From assembly GCA_040285745.1 (NCBI GenBank), contig JAUFOR010000008.1, positions 1,798,001 to 1,862,000 of the forward strand: a stretch of 64,000 bases of DNA, given 5' to 3'. Below are positions 1 through 10,500 of the stretch, in pieces. The notes under the pieces were generated by a model, which was not told the origin of the DNA, searched no databases, and saw nothing but the letters and a program-made list of their open reading frames with translations. The first letter of the stretch is position 1; every line of letters begins with the position of its first letter. The translations under genes and the position numbers were made by a program. This DNA comes from Barthelona sp. PCE. Lineage: Eukaryota.

Positions 1-59
1 AACACTTTCAACAGTTTCTGTCCTCTAAAACTCTTGATAGATAATATGTACCGTTAGGA

Positions 60-1076
60 ATGGCTCTAAATCTTAAAAAGATTGACTCTCCTTTATTGTT
101 AGTATCACTTACCGTGTTATGTACGGTTGTGATGTTGTTTATACGTCTAGCAAACTGGATCCAGATTAGCTGGTGGGTGATATTCCTCCCATTGTATGTA
201 TGTGACATCATCACCCTTTTTACCGCATCTTCAGCAGTATTGCATTATTTCAATTCGTTGACCAGCTCATACGACGTTGCCGACGTAGACGCGCTTATAG
301 CAACCACTGTATTATATATTCCTCTTATAGTATTTGAGATTTTCTTACCCTGGTTTCTTTCAAGGGTTTCCAGTTCAAATGATATTTGGATTCCTCTAAG
401 CGCGTATTTTGTAGCATTTGTAGCATCAATAATCACATATATCTTCAAATTGAAGAGCAGACGATCGGGACACTTTGATGTAATGATCATGTTTTTGTTG
501 CCATTCTTCCTTTCATTTGGCCTAAAGGTGAACGGCTTTGTTGATTGGAGCTGGACAGCCATGATTTATTCACAGTGCTTTTCTTCACTTATTTGTGGAG
601 GATTACTCATGCTTAGTGGTGAACGATTGAATGGTAGCACTTTTGCAATTTCAAATACATTGGGTTTCTTATTACTCGCTCAGTGGTCTTCTAGTTACAG
701 CAGATCAAGTTTTCTCGTATGGTCTTTTCTCATTTTCTTATGCCAGTTTTTTGTCTATTTTTATGTTGCATGGAATAGACCACCTCAGAATAAGTGGTGG
801 GTGTCATGGAAAACTGGTTCTGAGCTTCCAGAGTATACAGTATCATCAAATTATTTGGAACCCGTTCCCCATGCAGTTGTTCATGAAGGATCAGTGTCAT
901 CCCGATCAAGAAGGGATTCATTAAGTACAATTCGTTCCAGACCATCATCGCGCGGATCAAGAAGCGCTTTGTCAAGAAGTTCATCACGTGGTTCACTCAA
1001 ATCCATCAAATCTTATAAGAGTAGTTCCTCAAAACGTGTAGATGAACTTGCTCAAATAGACATTCAGTTTACTTAA
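60..1076 (+). CDS. Multi-pass membrane protein, TMEM185/TMEM203 (Fragile-X-F associated)-like, with Ser/Arg-rich C-terminal tail
   Basis: 338-aa ORF with about 7 hydrophobic segments. Motifs 'RLANWIQISWWVIFLPLYVCD' and 'LKVNGFVDWSW' resemble the L.LD..i.wsWw.vF.Plw repeat of the TMEM185/203 family. Confidence 0.6.
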   Translation: MALNLKKIDSPLLLVSLTVLCTVVMLFIRLANWIQISWWVIFLPLYVCDIITLFTASSAVLHYFNSLTSSYDVADVDALIATTVLYIPLIVFEIFLPWFLSRVSSSNDIWIPLSAYFVAFVASIITYIFKLKSRRSGHFDVMIMFLLPFFLSFGLKVNGFVDWSWTAMIYSQCFSSLICGGLLMLSGERLNGSTFAISNTLGFLLLAQWSSSYSRSSFLVWSFLIFLCQFFVYFYVAWNRPPQNKWWVSWKTGSELPEYTVSSNYLEPVPHAVVHEGSVSSRSRRDSLSTIRSRPSSRGSRSALSRSSSRGSLKSIKSYKSSSSKRVDELAQIDIQFT

Positions 1077-1401
1077 CTGTTTATTTCGTGATTTCTGCAT
1101 TAATTAGAGTAAAGTATATGTTAAAAATGATTTTGAGGATCAATTAATTGCTGTTTTGTATATTTGTACTTAAAGATCACACATAACCAGTTCCATGGAG
1201 CACCGTTTGAGCACTAATTTCCGTTCTTCAAGTTTCAAAATAATTCTGATGCTGGCATTTCCTGTTCTCGGAAGAACCAACTAAAAACCTTTGAAATTCG
1301 CAGGGTCCGCGATACCATCCCACTTCACACCCATCTAGTAAATGAACAATATTACAACCTCTTGCAAACAGTTTTTAAACTTATACATCTATTTTTCTAA
1401 T

Positions 1402-2247
1402 ATGACAAGCAAAGATTTCTCCAACTCAGAGTTTCCCACAACTGGTGAAGGTCGTGTTTATCATTTAGGAGCCAAAAAAGGTGAAATTTATAACCGTATT
1501 GTTACTTCCGGTGATGTAGGTCGTATTAAGCGTATTAAAACTCATCTTACCGAAATTCACTATGAAATTGAAAGCTCCAGATGCTTTTATATTGTTTCTG
1601 GTGTGTACAAGGGTTTCAACGTAACACTGGTTGCCTCCCTTATGGGTTATCCTAACATGGACTTTGCTGTTCGTGAACTCCGTGCTATCGTTGACGGTCC
1701 CATGGTCATCATCCGCTTAGGAACATGTGGTTCTCCCAGAGCCGACTCTCGCCTTGGTGATATTGCTATTGGCCGTGAGACTCGCGGTATTTACCGTAAC
1801 CCTGATGCTTTCCGTCCCGGTGCCCCCGCTGATATGGAGAAGTATCACATCACCCTTCCTGCCAAGGGTTGTGACCGTCTTTCAGACATTGTTAAGGCCA
1901 AACTAATTGAACAAGAGCTTAACGTTGTTGAAGGAACAACTTTCTCTGGTTGCACTTTTTATTCCGCTCAAGGACGTGTTGGTGTTCACTTTGATGACAA
2001 GAATGAGCACATCCTCGATCGTATTGTTAACGAAGTTCCCGATGCTGTTAACATTGAGATGGAAAGCTTCCACCTCTTTGATCTCGCTGAGAACGCTATG
2101 CCTGGTTATGAAATGTATGTTAGCGCTATTGCTATCATCATCGCCAAGCGTGACAGTGGTGCTTTCATCACAAACGAAGAGAAGTACAAGGCCGAACTTA
2201 TTTGCGGTACTGCTTGTCTTGATACTATTGTTGAATTCGAGTTTTGA
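1402..2247 (+). CDS. Uridine phosphorylase / nucleoside phosphorylase (PNP_UDP_1 family)
   Basis: Motifs GRVYHLG, TSGDVGR, MGYPNMDFAVRE, IIRLGTCG, TFYSAQGR, NIEMES. ATG 1402 is preferred to ATG 1342. Strong C/T-ending codon bias suggests high expression. Confidence 0.9.
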   Translation: MTSKDFSNSEFPTTGEGRVYHLGAKKGEIYNRIVTSGDVGRIKRIKTHLTEIHYEIESSRCFYIVSGVYKGFNVTLVASLMGYPNMDFAVRELRAIVDGPMVIIRLGTCGSPRADSRLGDIAIGRETRGIYRNPDAFRPGAPADMEKYHITLPAKGCDRLSDIVKAKLIEQELNVVEGTTFSGCTFYSAQGRVGVHFDDKNEHILDRIVNEVPDAVNIEMESFHLFDLAENAMPGYEMYVSAIAIIIAKRDSGAFITNEEKYKAELICGTACLDTIVEFEF

Positions 2248-2248
2248 G

Positions 2249-2283
2249 TTTATTGATTGCTAATAAAAGTGTTTGTTTTTACT
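2249..2283. terminator. Convergent, crossing polyadenylation signals of the uridine phosphorylase and Scc2-like genes
   Basis: AATAAA on + at 2262-2267; AATAAA on - at 2249-2254; AGTAAA on - overlapping the stop at 2278-2283. The gap between stops is 31 bp. Confidence 0.5.
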
Positions 2284-5200
2284 TTTTTTTACGCTTACTT
2301 TGCTGAAGACGATCATGCAAAGCAGAGTCCAATACCGTTTCAAAAGTTCTACCAGCAACAAACGCAAAAAGTGGCGCAAAATTGGCACCTTCCGTATTCA
2401 GTTCCGTCACACGCGATCCAAACGCGTCATTCCAAAATGGATCAAGGAACTCTCTACATGAATTCTTGAATGGTTCCCAAAGTTCGACGCAACGCTCCTC
2501 CAACAATCTTTTTGGTTTGCTTCTGCTCTTTGGGGGGTTCATACGGTATTCTGAAATATCATTCGCAGTCACTGAAGAAGTCATGACAATCGTCTCAATC
2601 AAAGCAATCATTATCGCACCCTTCATATAGTTGAGTGGGGTATCATCAACTTGACTTGGCTCATCATCATCTGTCTGCAAAAGTGCCAAGTACGGGTCCT
2701 GTGACGCAGCTCGCTGTGCGATGAGCGAATATGCGTTGAATTCGTGCTCAAGCTCCACAAGCGCACATAATAGAGTACTATTACAATCTGATATGACGTA
2801 ACATATCACAAATGCAAGATTTAGAGCACCACTGAACCCGGAACGAGCCGGAAGAAGCGCGGAGATTAACTTTTTCACAATATTCTTGTATGAATAATCG
2901 CTTAATGATAAAAATTGTAGAGTTTTGAAAAGTCCCGCAATAGACTCGTTGGTTGCAAGCAGAGCCGGAGGAACAGTGCGGCACACCTGTACAATGGTTC
3001 CTGCAATAGTGGAAACCATCATGTCTCTGTATGTAGTCGCAACATGCAGCAGCGGTTTCTCAATGATACGGTAAGTGCAATCCTGCAATGATGCCAAGAG
3101 GAACGGCTCTACAACACTGCTGGGGTTGACGAGGCCGTTCAGCGCCAGCTGTGAGAGAAGAAGCACAGCGTTAACACGAGTTCCTGGTGAGTAAACTAAA
3201 TTCGAAAAAAAGTATCCGATGCCTTCTGGAATAGTGTGTGCAAGCTCTCCCAGCGCTGTCTGGCAGCGCATCACGTCATCCACTGACGTAACACCCGTGA
3301 AAGCCCAATCAAAAAGAGATCCGAGTTCACCCAGATAGTGAGAGAAGCACATATCGTTATCTTTGTGCTTTACCGTTGTAGATGTGTGTAATATGTGTGT
3401 TGCGAGTTCGCGCCATATGAACGAGTCGAACAAAGGTGGGAAACGGCGCAGTAGTCGAAAGAGACAGCTCACAGCAGTAACCTTAACGCTGTTGTGCATA
3501 CATTGCGTAAACTGTTCATGAAGAATAAGGTTAGCGATGCGAAATAACTGGAAAACAACGTTCTCGAGGGACCCGTCCAAGCATGGCACACAGTGATTAT
3601 CCTCAGTAGTATTCCAAGCCATGTTATCAGCCTCAACCACCTCCGTCAAGCCATCAAGCGAAACTTCTCCCTCACAAACACACACAGAAGAGAGCGTGAG
3701 TAGAAGGGGGGTTCCTCTGTCCTGGTTGAATTGGTACGTAACATAAGGGTAGTCAGAAGGAAAAGATGGTTCAGTGTAGTCAGTGTGCACTGAACGTTTC
3801 AACTTGTCTTTTGTTAGTGATGCATAGCACTGCAGGCCGAAACCACATGAGTTTGACGGAGATACAGCAGCAAAAAGATTGGCAAAAGCTATCAGACTCC
3901 GTGGATGTATGGATGGGGCAGCAAAGAGTTTATGGCAGCGCTCTCGTATTGTGCGATCCACGCTCGTTTCCGTGCGACTACTGTGCTTCTTGTAAGAAAA
4001 TGTAAGAAGTTCAGCAATGTGCATCAGATCTTGCTCGTTGTTCAGCATTCCAAAAGAGCGAATCAGTCCTCCAACTATTGTAGAAACGTCAATGGGGAGT
4101 ACTGTTGCCGTGTAAAAAACAGTCACAAGGCTACATAGTCGCCCAAAACAGTGGTTGATCTCATTGCTATCGCCCAACTTCGGCAACAAACGTTGGACTT
4201 CCGCAACCAAGCACTCTCCCATTCCAACAACCAGGTCTGTTGCACAACGTAGAAAAGTGGTGGCTAATCTTCCTCCTTCGGTTGCTAGTAGGTGAACGCG
4301 GTGCTTCAATTCTAACGATGCGAGTGATGCAGCATAAGCGACTGCACTTTTCTCATCCATATTTACGGCTTCAATGTATTTCTCAATAAGAAGGAGACCA
4401 ACATTGGCGAGCGGCCCGGTTTCAATGAATGCGATACATCCTTGCTTGTCTTCGATTTCTTGCTCTAAAAATGCCTTGTAGCCCCTTGATAAGAGGGCAT
4501 ACGCCTTCTTCTTCACCTTTTGCCCACTTGAAGGATCAGTCAGCAATGTCAGAAAAACAGACATCACCGACGCTGGTACTTGATGGGAATCTGAGATGTT
4601 CAGCTCATCGAAAAGCGTCAGCGACATGGCCTTGACGGACTCATAGCGAGATGTTATACCAAGCTGAACGGTCGTCATGACTTCCATGGTGCTGATGGTG
4701 ATGCAATCCTCAGCGTCTTTTCTGATATGGTCTTCTGCATCCCTGGCTGCACGCAATGCCTGAAGCAGCCGCGTTGCATTGCTGCTTGAAAGACTGTGCA
4801 TGTTACTGATGCCAACGACAAGTAATCCCGCAGAGTATGTAAAGGCGTCGTGTTTAACTGCCATCACAGCACAGTTCTTCTGCAAAAATGACAGAGGCGG
4901 TGCTGTTCCGGGGAAAGTGCCCGTTAAATTCTCAACGAGAGATATTAATTCACATTGGTTTGATTGATGCAGGAAAACCTTGTAACGTGTTGGTAGAGTT
5001 TGCTCAATCGTTCTCCTGAAGAGAGGCGCGTGTATCTCCCACGCACCCTCGACGTTCGTTACCTGTGTTTGGTGGAATAACGTCCTGAAATGGCTGGCTG
5101 CAGTGAAGAGGTGTCCCAATCCTGTTGCACTTTTAAATTCCTCCCAGTAGAGGCACGCGTACTTACACATCAGCGAAAGGAGCTCGATCGATCCAAGTAG

Positions 5201-6253
5201 CACAGGGAAACATAATACTTCAGATAGATTTTTGCAGACAGTTACAAGAAGGTGGTCGTTGTGAAACAAGTTTTGGCAGATGCGGTGCTTTAGAAATGCA
5301 CCGCGCATATTTTGAACATGATCATCTATTAAATCAGAGGGAACTGTGACGGGAACAACCTCAAACATGCGAATAAGAAAAAGAGTTAGTGCGTTGACGG
5401 AGACCGAGTAAGACTTGCGCTTGACTGTGTGTCGCACCCAGACGCTTCCCGTTGTGCGTGCAAGAAAGAGAAATGCAGATGAAAAGAAATCGGCAATGCT
5501 TTCTTGTGAAACACATTTTTCATAGAAGAATATGAGGGAGTGTACTATAGGACCCATTTCAGGGTTTATGCGATGCACGGCGCCAATAAAGCGCATTATT
5601 CCGTCAAGATCGAGTTGGACAAACCTCAAGGCAACCGTTAGCTCAAGGATGGAGAGCCTGCTTTTATGCAGGCTCTTCTCATCTGCTATGAATGCTAGAA
5701 TGCAGTTTCTAACGTTTATGTGGTAGCGTACCTCAAATCCCATGAGTAAAATAAAAAGAACACAAAAATCAAACCTTTCAGCACAAGAAATCTCGTTCTT
5801 GATAGCTGTAAATATTTCGTTCAGTTGTTCAACGATGCTAATGTCATCCGTGAACGTGTGCAAGACCGAGAACAAAGTGCGGTAACGTTCGCTATCAAAA
5901 AGTTCAATCATTGGGTTTCCCAACTCGATGAGACTGTGTAGTGCGTTGTTGAGGTTGTTGAGGCGTGCTTTGGACACGATGACATCGGAAGTGAGACATT
6001 CGACTACGTCCTCAATAAGAACTAGCATCTTTTCTCTCATATCAACAACCCTTGAATCTTCACGCTTCATTGTATTCATAAATGTGTTTATGGGGGCGAC
6101 AGCTGCCTTTTTCGCAGGAAAAGGGCTCAATTGTGGTTCTTGTAAACTGCCCTTCAAACGTTTATGATGGTTGATATTAATCTTTGCAATTTCTACAGTT
6201 TCGTTCATACTCCCATCATTAATGTCGAGCAGACTCTCTTTGGAATCGCTCAT
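2279..6253 (-). CDS. SCC2: HEAT-repeat protein, probable divergent cohesin loader Scc2/NIPBL
   Basis: 1324-aa helical ORF. 'LALNGLVNPSSVVEPFLLASLQD' resembles the Nipped-B C-terminal 'QGLvhP..cvp.LiA..tD' motif. 'ITSRYESVKAMSLTLF' and 'LLTDPSSGQKVKKKAYALL' resemble the consecutive Scc2 HEAT repeats. Confidence 0.55.
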   Translation of the reverse strand: MSDSKESLLDINDGSMNETVEIAKININHHKRLKGSLQEPQLSPFPAKKAAVAPINTFMNTMKREDSRVVDMREKMLVLIEDVVECLTSDVIVSKARLNNLNNALHSLIELGNPMIELFDSERYRTLFSVLHTFTDDISIVEQLNEIFTAIKNEISCAERFDFCVLFILLMGFEVRYHINVRNCILAFIADEKSLHKSRLSILELTVALRFVQLDLDGIMRFIGAVHRINPEMGPIVHSLIFFYEKCVSQESIADFFSSAFLFLARTTGSVWVRHTVKRKSYSVSVNALTLFLIRMFEVVPVTVPSDLIDDHVQNMRGAFLKHRICQNLFHNDHLLVTVCKNLSEVLCFPVLLGSIELLSLMCKYACLYWEEFKSATGLGHLFTAASHFRTLFHQTQVTNVEGAWEIHAPLFRRTIEQTLPTRYKVFLHQSNQCELISLVENLTGTFPGTAPPLSFLQKNCAVMAVKHDAFTYSAGLLVVGISNMHSLSSSNATRLLQALRAARDAEDHIRKDAEDCITISTMEVMTTVQLGITSRYESVKAMSLTLFDELNISDSHQVPASVMSVFLTLLTDPSSGQKVKKKAYALLSRGYKAFLEQEIEDKQGCIAFIETGPLANVGLLLIEKYIEAVNMDEKSAVAYAASLASLELKHRVHLLATEGGRLATTFLRCATDLVVGMGECLVAEVQRLLPKLGDSNEINHCFGRLCSLVTVFYTATVLPIDVSTIVGGLIRSFGMLNNEQDLMHIAELLTFSYKKHSSRTETSVDRTIRERCHKLFAAPSIHPRSLIAFANLFAAVSPSNSCGFGLQCYASLTKDKLKRSVHTDYTEPSFPSDYPYVTYQFNQDRGTPLLLTLSSVCVCEGEVSLDGLTEVVEADNMAWNTTEDNHCVPCLDGSLENVVFQLFRIANLILHEQFTQCMHNSVKVTAVSCLFRLLRRFPPLFDSFIWRELATHILHTSTTVKHKDNDMCFSHYLGELGSLFDWAFTGVTSVDDVMRCQTALGELAHTIPEGIGYFFSNLVYSPGTRVNAVLLLSQLALNGLVNPSSVVEPFLLASLQDCTYRIIEKPLLHVATTYRDMMVSTIAGTIVQVCRTVPPALLATNESIAGLFKTLQFLSLSDYSYKNIVKKLISALLPARSGFSGALNLAFVICYVISDCNSTLLCALVELEHEFNAYSLIAQRAASQDPYLALLQTDDDEPSQVDDTPLNYMKGAIMIALIETIVMTSSVTANDISEYRMNPPKSRSKPKRLLEERCVELWEPFKNSCREFLDPFWNDAFGSRVTELNTEGANFAPLFAFVAGRTFETVLDSALHDRLQQSKRKKK

Positions 6254-6463
6254 TTGAATTATATGCCCAAATGCAGACGAGAAAGGTAAGATATTGAATT
6301 GCGAAACGTTATTTTTTGTGCCTTTCTCTTTGCATTTGAATATTTATGCACTGTAAAAGGGGTCTAACTTGCGATATGTCTGGCGGGGAACGATATTATA
6401 TTCTTCAAAAGTATGCTTTCTACAATATTGCCTCTTTCAGCACTGATCAAAGCAATTAATCAT

Positions 6464-7534
6464 ATGAGGTTTTTTATTGGGGCCGACTGGCACGGGCAAA
6501 TAAGGCAAGCACAAGCTTTTGTTCATATTCTAAATGGCGCCGCAGAATTAATTGCCACACATTTTGGCGCTGAAAACACACAGAGTAACACTCAAACAAT
6601 GGACATTGTTGGTATTGTCAATGGTGATTTCTCACCAAGGCGGCGATTTTACGATGAATATGATCCGGACTATCACACAGCTCTTCCCCAGTTCCAGCTC
6701 AATTTTTTTGTTAATGAATTACTCCCTGTGCTCGCCAAGTGCAAGGTGCCGATCATTATCCAACCAGGAAACACAGAATACGCATGTTTGGAGGAACATT
6801 ATGAGAATGCATGCCTCAACCACAACAATGTTTTTTTCTGCAAAGGAGGTGTTTTTGAAGCTCCATTCCTCCCTGAGCCCATTTTCTTCTTTCCATATGT
6901 ACCAATGTCATCGCATCGGTTGAAGGATTATGAGTTGTTTGACGACGATCGTGTCCACACCATTAAATCACTCAGTGGTATTAGTAGCTGGGGTCGTGAC
7001 GTCTCCGATCTCCCAGGTCTCGTGTATCTCGTGCACAGAGATGAAATGGAGGGTAAAAGGCCTGTGAAATTTGACGGTTTACCACGTGGCAAGGAATTCT
7101 GGCAGTCCCCTCAACATAAATCATATCCATGGTGTGCAGGACCTCGTGTATATCGCCCTCAAGCAATTTCATCATTGTCAGAGCGATTTGACGAGCTGTA
7201 CACAAAGCCGTGTCGAATTTGGTTTTGTCACGCGCCATTGCGTCACTATTTTGATCGTAACTATAAAAATATTACGTGTGGAAGTCCAGGACTGTTGATC
7301 AAATGCGACGAGCACAAACCTCTTGTGGTGACAACAGCACACATTCACGAGGCCATGGGTGAGATGTATCGCGGAAACAGCCTTATTATTGGACAAGGGA
7401 ACGACAATTGGTCAACTTTTACTGGTATTGAGCTTCAATTGATTGGAGACAGACGGATTGTCAACAGGCACGTCGTACCATTCCCCAGTTCACACGCGTT
7501 CAAGAAATCACGTTCGTTAAAGAAACTTACTTGA
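6464..7534 (+). CDS. Calcineurin-like metallophosphoesterase (Icc-related)
   Basis: Motifs in order: ADWHG, NGDF, PGNTE, CHAP, TAHIHE. ATG 6464 places the first motif at the N-terminus (upstream ATG at 6413 is possible). Confidence 0.8.
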   Translation: MRFFIGADWHGQIRQAQAFVHILNGAAELIATHFGAENTQSNTQTMDIVGIVNGDFSPRRRFYDEYDPDYHTALPQFQLNFFVNELLPVLAKCKVPIIIQPGNTEYACLEEHYENACLNHNNVFFCKGGVFEAPFLPEPIFFFPYVPMSSHRLKDYELFDDDRVHTIKSLSGISSWGRDVSDLPGLVYLVHRDEMEGKRPVKFDGLPRGKEFWQSPQHKSYPWCAGPRVYRPQAISSLSERFDELYTKPCRIWFCHAPLRHYFDRNYKNITCGSPGLLIKCDEHKPLVVTTAHIHEAMGEMYRGNSLIIGQGNDNWSTFTGIELQLIGDRRIVNRHVVPFPSSHAFKKSRSLKKLT

Positions 7535-7582
7535 TATTGCAAACACAGAAACACTTAAATATATTGTTTATTTTCAGTAAAA

Positions 7583-10500
7583 CTACCTCGCAAGGAGTGA
7601 AATCCACTGTTGGAGTGCCTGTGACACAACACCTGGGAGTTCACGCATGTCGTTGACGACGACATAGAAGTCAAGCGGAATGGTTGTAAGATAAGGCACC
7701 TTTACGGGCTTGGTCTTACCGTTTCTTGTCTCGAACTTAATTTGCATAAATTCTGTGATGGGGGTGGGGGTGTCTGGCGGATCGATGATGATGAGAGCAA
7801 CCAGAATATTGGATGCGCGGGCAAAGGCAGCCCACTTCTTAATACGCTCCATGTCATTGATTCGACCGTCGCTGATACAAAACAGTAGCTGATTTGTAAC
7901 AACGTCGGGGTTGCTGACACGGTTAGCATGTGCACGGCCGCTCAGTTCAGATAGAGCAACGCGGAACATATCAGCAAAGCTCGTCTTCTCTTCATCGAAA
8001 TTAAAGCTACCGATTAGGCGCTTCAGGCCATGTGATGTGAAAGGTTCACCCAATGAATGAACAAACTCAGCTGTTTCTCCAAATCTCAGAACACCAACGT
8101 TTCCACTGTCGAGGTTTGTAAGAGCTTGGGCAATAACAGCAGTTGTCTGAAGACCCATGCTTGCAACGTCCAGATCAGCCATAGATAAGGAGTTGTCCAT
8201 TGCAAGCACAATGTCGTATTGGCGTTTCTGAGGCTTGGTACGACGTAACCATATCGCATCTTTGCGGAAATTAGAAGCAATATACGCAATGACTTTTCGA
8301 ATGTTGATGCGCTTACCCGTTTTATAATCTCCCTTGAGTTGGGACGTCTGCGTAGGTAACAGAATAAGGCGCAGTTGTTCGGTAAGTCGTGATGCCAGTG
8401 GTGCAATTTCACGCTGAAGTTGGGTGAAAGAGATCGCATCATCAACATCGTTTGACATGACCTGGCGCATCGCGGCATTCACAATCAACTCCTGCTGTGC
8501 GAGTTTTGCTTGTGAGAAGTCAAGATCTACAACGTTACTACCAACAAATGTTTTAATACGCTCAATTGGCTTGATCGCCACCATAGCCTCGTCGTCTTCC
8601 TCCTCTTTCGGTCTGTCCTCGTTTTGTTCGACATCAGTTACAGTGGGTGCTGCCTGAGCCTTATTAGTACGCTCTTCAGCTTCATCATGTTCGACCTCAT
8701 CCTCCGATTCAACAGTTTGCATTTCCATGTCCTGCATTTCATCATACTGTTGTTCAGAGCTGCCAACACCAACGGCAGCTTCTTTCGTTTCGTCCTCTTC
8801 TTCCGCGTACTCTCTATCCTCAGCATCCTCAGCAGCGCCTTCATTGTTGCGCTCAAATGCGTTTTCAACAACTTCATCTTCTTCTTGGGCCTCAGTCTTT
8901 TCCTGGCGACTGCGCTGCAGTGTTTCATCCGACTGTCCAGCACCTTGAGCAGAACCTTCGTTCTCAGCTGACTCACCTGAGCCTTCGGTTGTACCAGCAC
9001 CTTCTTCACCAAAAGTACCCTGCTGGTCTTCATCACACTCTTCCATCTCTTCTTCTCTGTTCTCTTCATCTTCCTGGTTCTCATCCTCTGCAAGACCCTC
9101 ATCGATAGTTGGCATTTCTTCGGCATTCTCATCTTGATCTTCTTCACCTTCACCTTCTTCAATTTCTTCGTCTTCGATCTCATCGATAGCAACGTCCTCA
9201 AGGTCCGGCTCCTCCATTTCCTCGGGACCCTCGTCGTCTTCCGGCGGTACCTCTTCCATATGTGGCTCCTCCGGCTCTTCGACATCACTCATGGCATCAG
9301 CAAACGTGTTGTTCACATCCTCCTTCTCATGATCCTCCTTTTCATTATCAAGATCTTCTTCTTCATGCTCTTCGCCTTCTTCCTCTTCAGCGTCGCGCAT
9401 TTCGGGTTGCTGGTAATCAACAGCATCCTCTTCGACCTCTTCCATATTCTCTTCTTCGTTGTTATCAAAATCAAACTCACCTTCACCCTTAACATCATTG
9501 TCAAAGTCTTCTGGCAGGGAGTTCTGCTCAATGTCATTGTCCCACAGCTCTTCTTCAATATCCTCTTCTCCTTGGGCTTCACCCAACTCATCCTCGACGT
9601 CGAGCTCGTCCATGTTCATTTCGTCCATTTCCTCCTGTTGTTCTTCGGTCAGATCCTCCTGTTCGCCCTCGAAATCGCTTTGAGCGTCGAATCCAGAGCC
9701 ATCGTTCTCGGTCTTAAGAGAGTTATCCTCATTCTCAAGTCCTTCCATCTGCCAATCTTCTTCAATCTCATCAGAAACGTCCTTCTCACCACCCTCGCCT
9801 TCTCCAAGACCAGGGCCCTCGTTTTCATCATACTTATCTGTCTCCTCACTCTCTTGATATTCGACTGTCTCACCAAAACCTTCTCTATGCAGTAAATGCA
9901 GCACTGAGATCACAAACTGACTAACATCAATCATAGCAGTGGATGCCTGCGTTGTTAGGGTGTCGATGAAGCGGGCCATCTTTTGCAAGACGCGAACTAG
10001 CTCGCGGAGGTGGAAGTCACCATCAATAAACACATAGTCTTCACCATCAGCAAAATTGACAGAGCACACGTACTTGACAACCTTGCTACTGTAAAAAACG
10101 TGCTGAAGCGCGACAATATGCTTCATGAACTGTGGAAGAGACAGCTGTAAACCATCTTCTTCCTCAATAATAAAAGTACATAATGTCTCTGTCTTTGATA
10201 GAGCGTGCATTGCTTCGATCATTTTACGCATAAACGCCTCGAACTCGTCCACGTACTCCGAAAGGGAAGCGGTAGGAGCGTTCGGATCGTATCTGATCTC
10301 GTTGAGCAGAGTCAAGAAATCAGTGAAATTGGTGCCAAATTCTGTGAATCCCAGTCCTCCCAGCGTGGTCGCAGCATCCTCATCGGCCAATGTTGGTAGG
10401 TGGGATGCGCACATGACGCGGTCGCTCTGGTGAAGTGCTGTTTCCTTATCGAAAGGAATAGTTGCTGGTTTAAGTGACGCTACTACTTGTCGTTCATCAG

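Noticed and set aside
1127-1250. Possible C/D snoRNA (ATGATT...CTGA) in the intergenic region
   Set aside because: Imperfect C box, no terminal stem and no recognisable rRNA guide; needs an Infernal/snoscan run.
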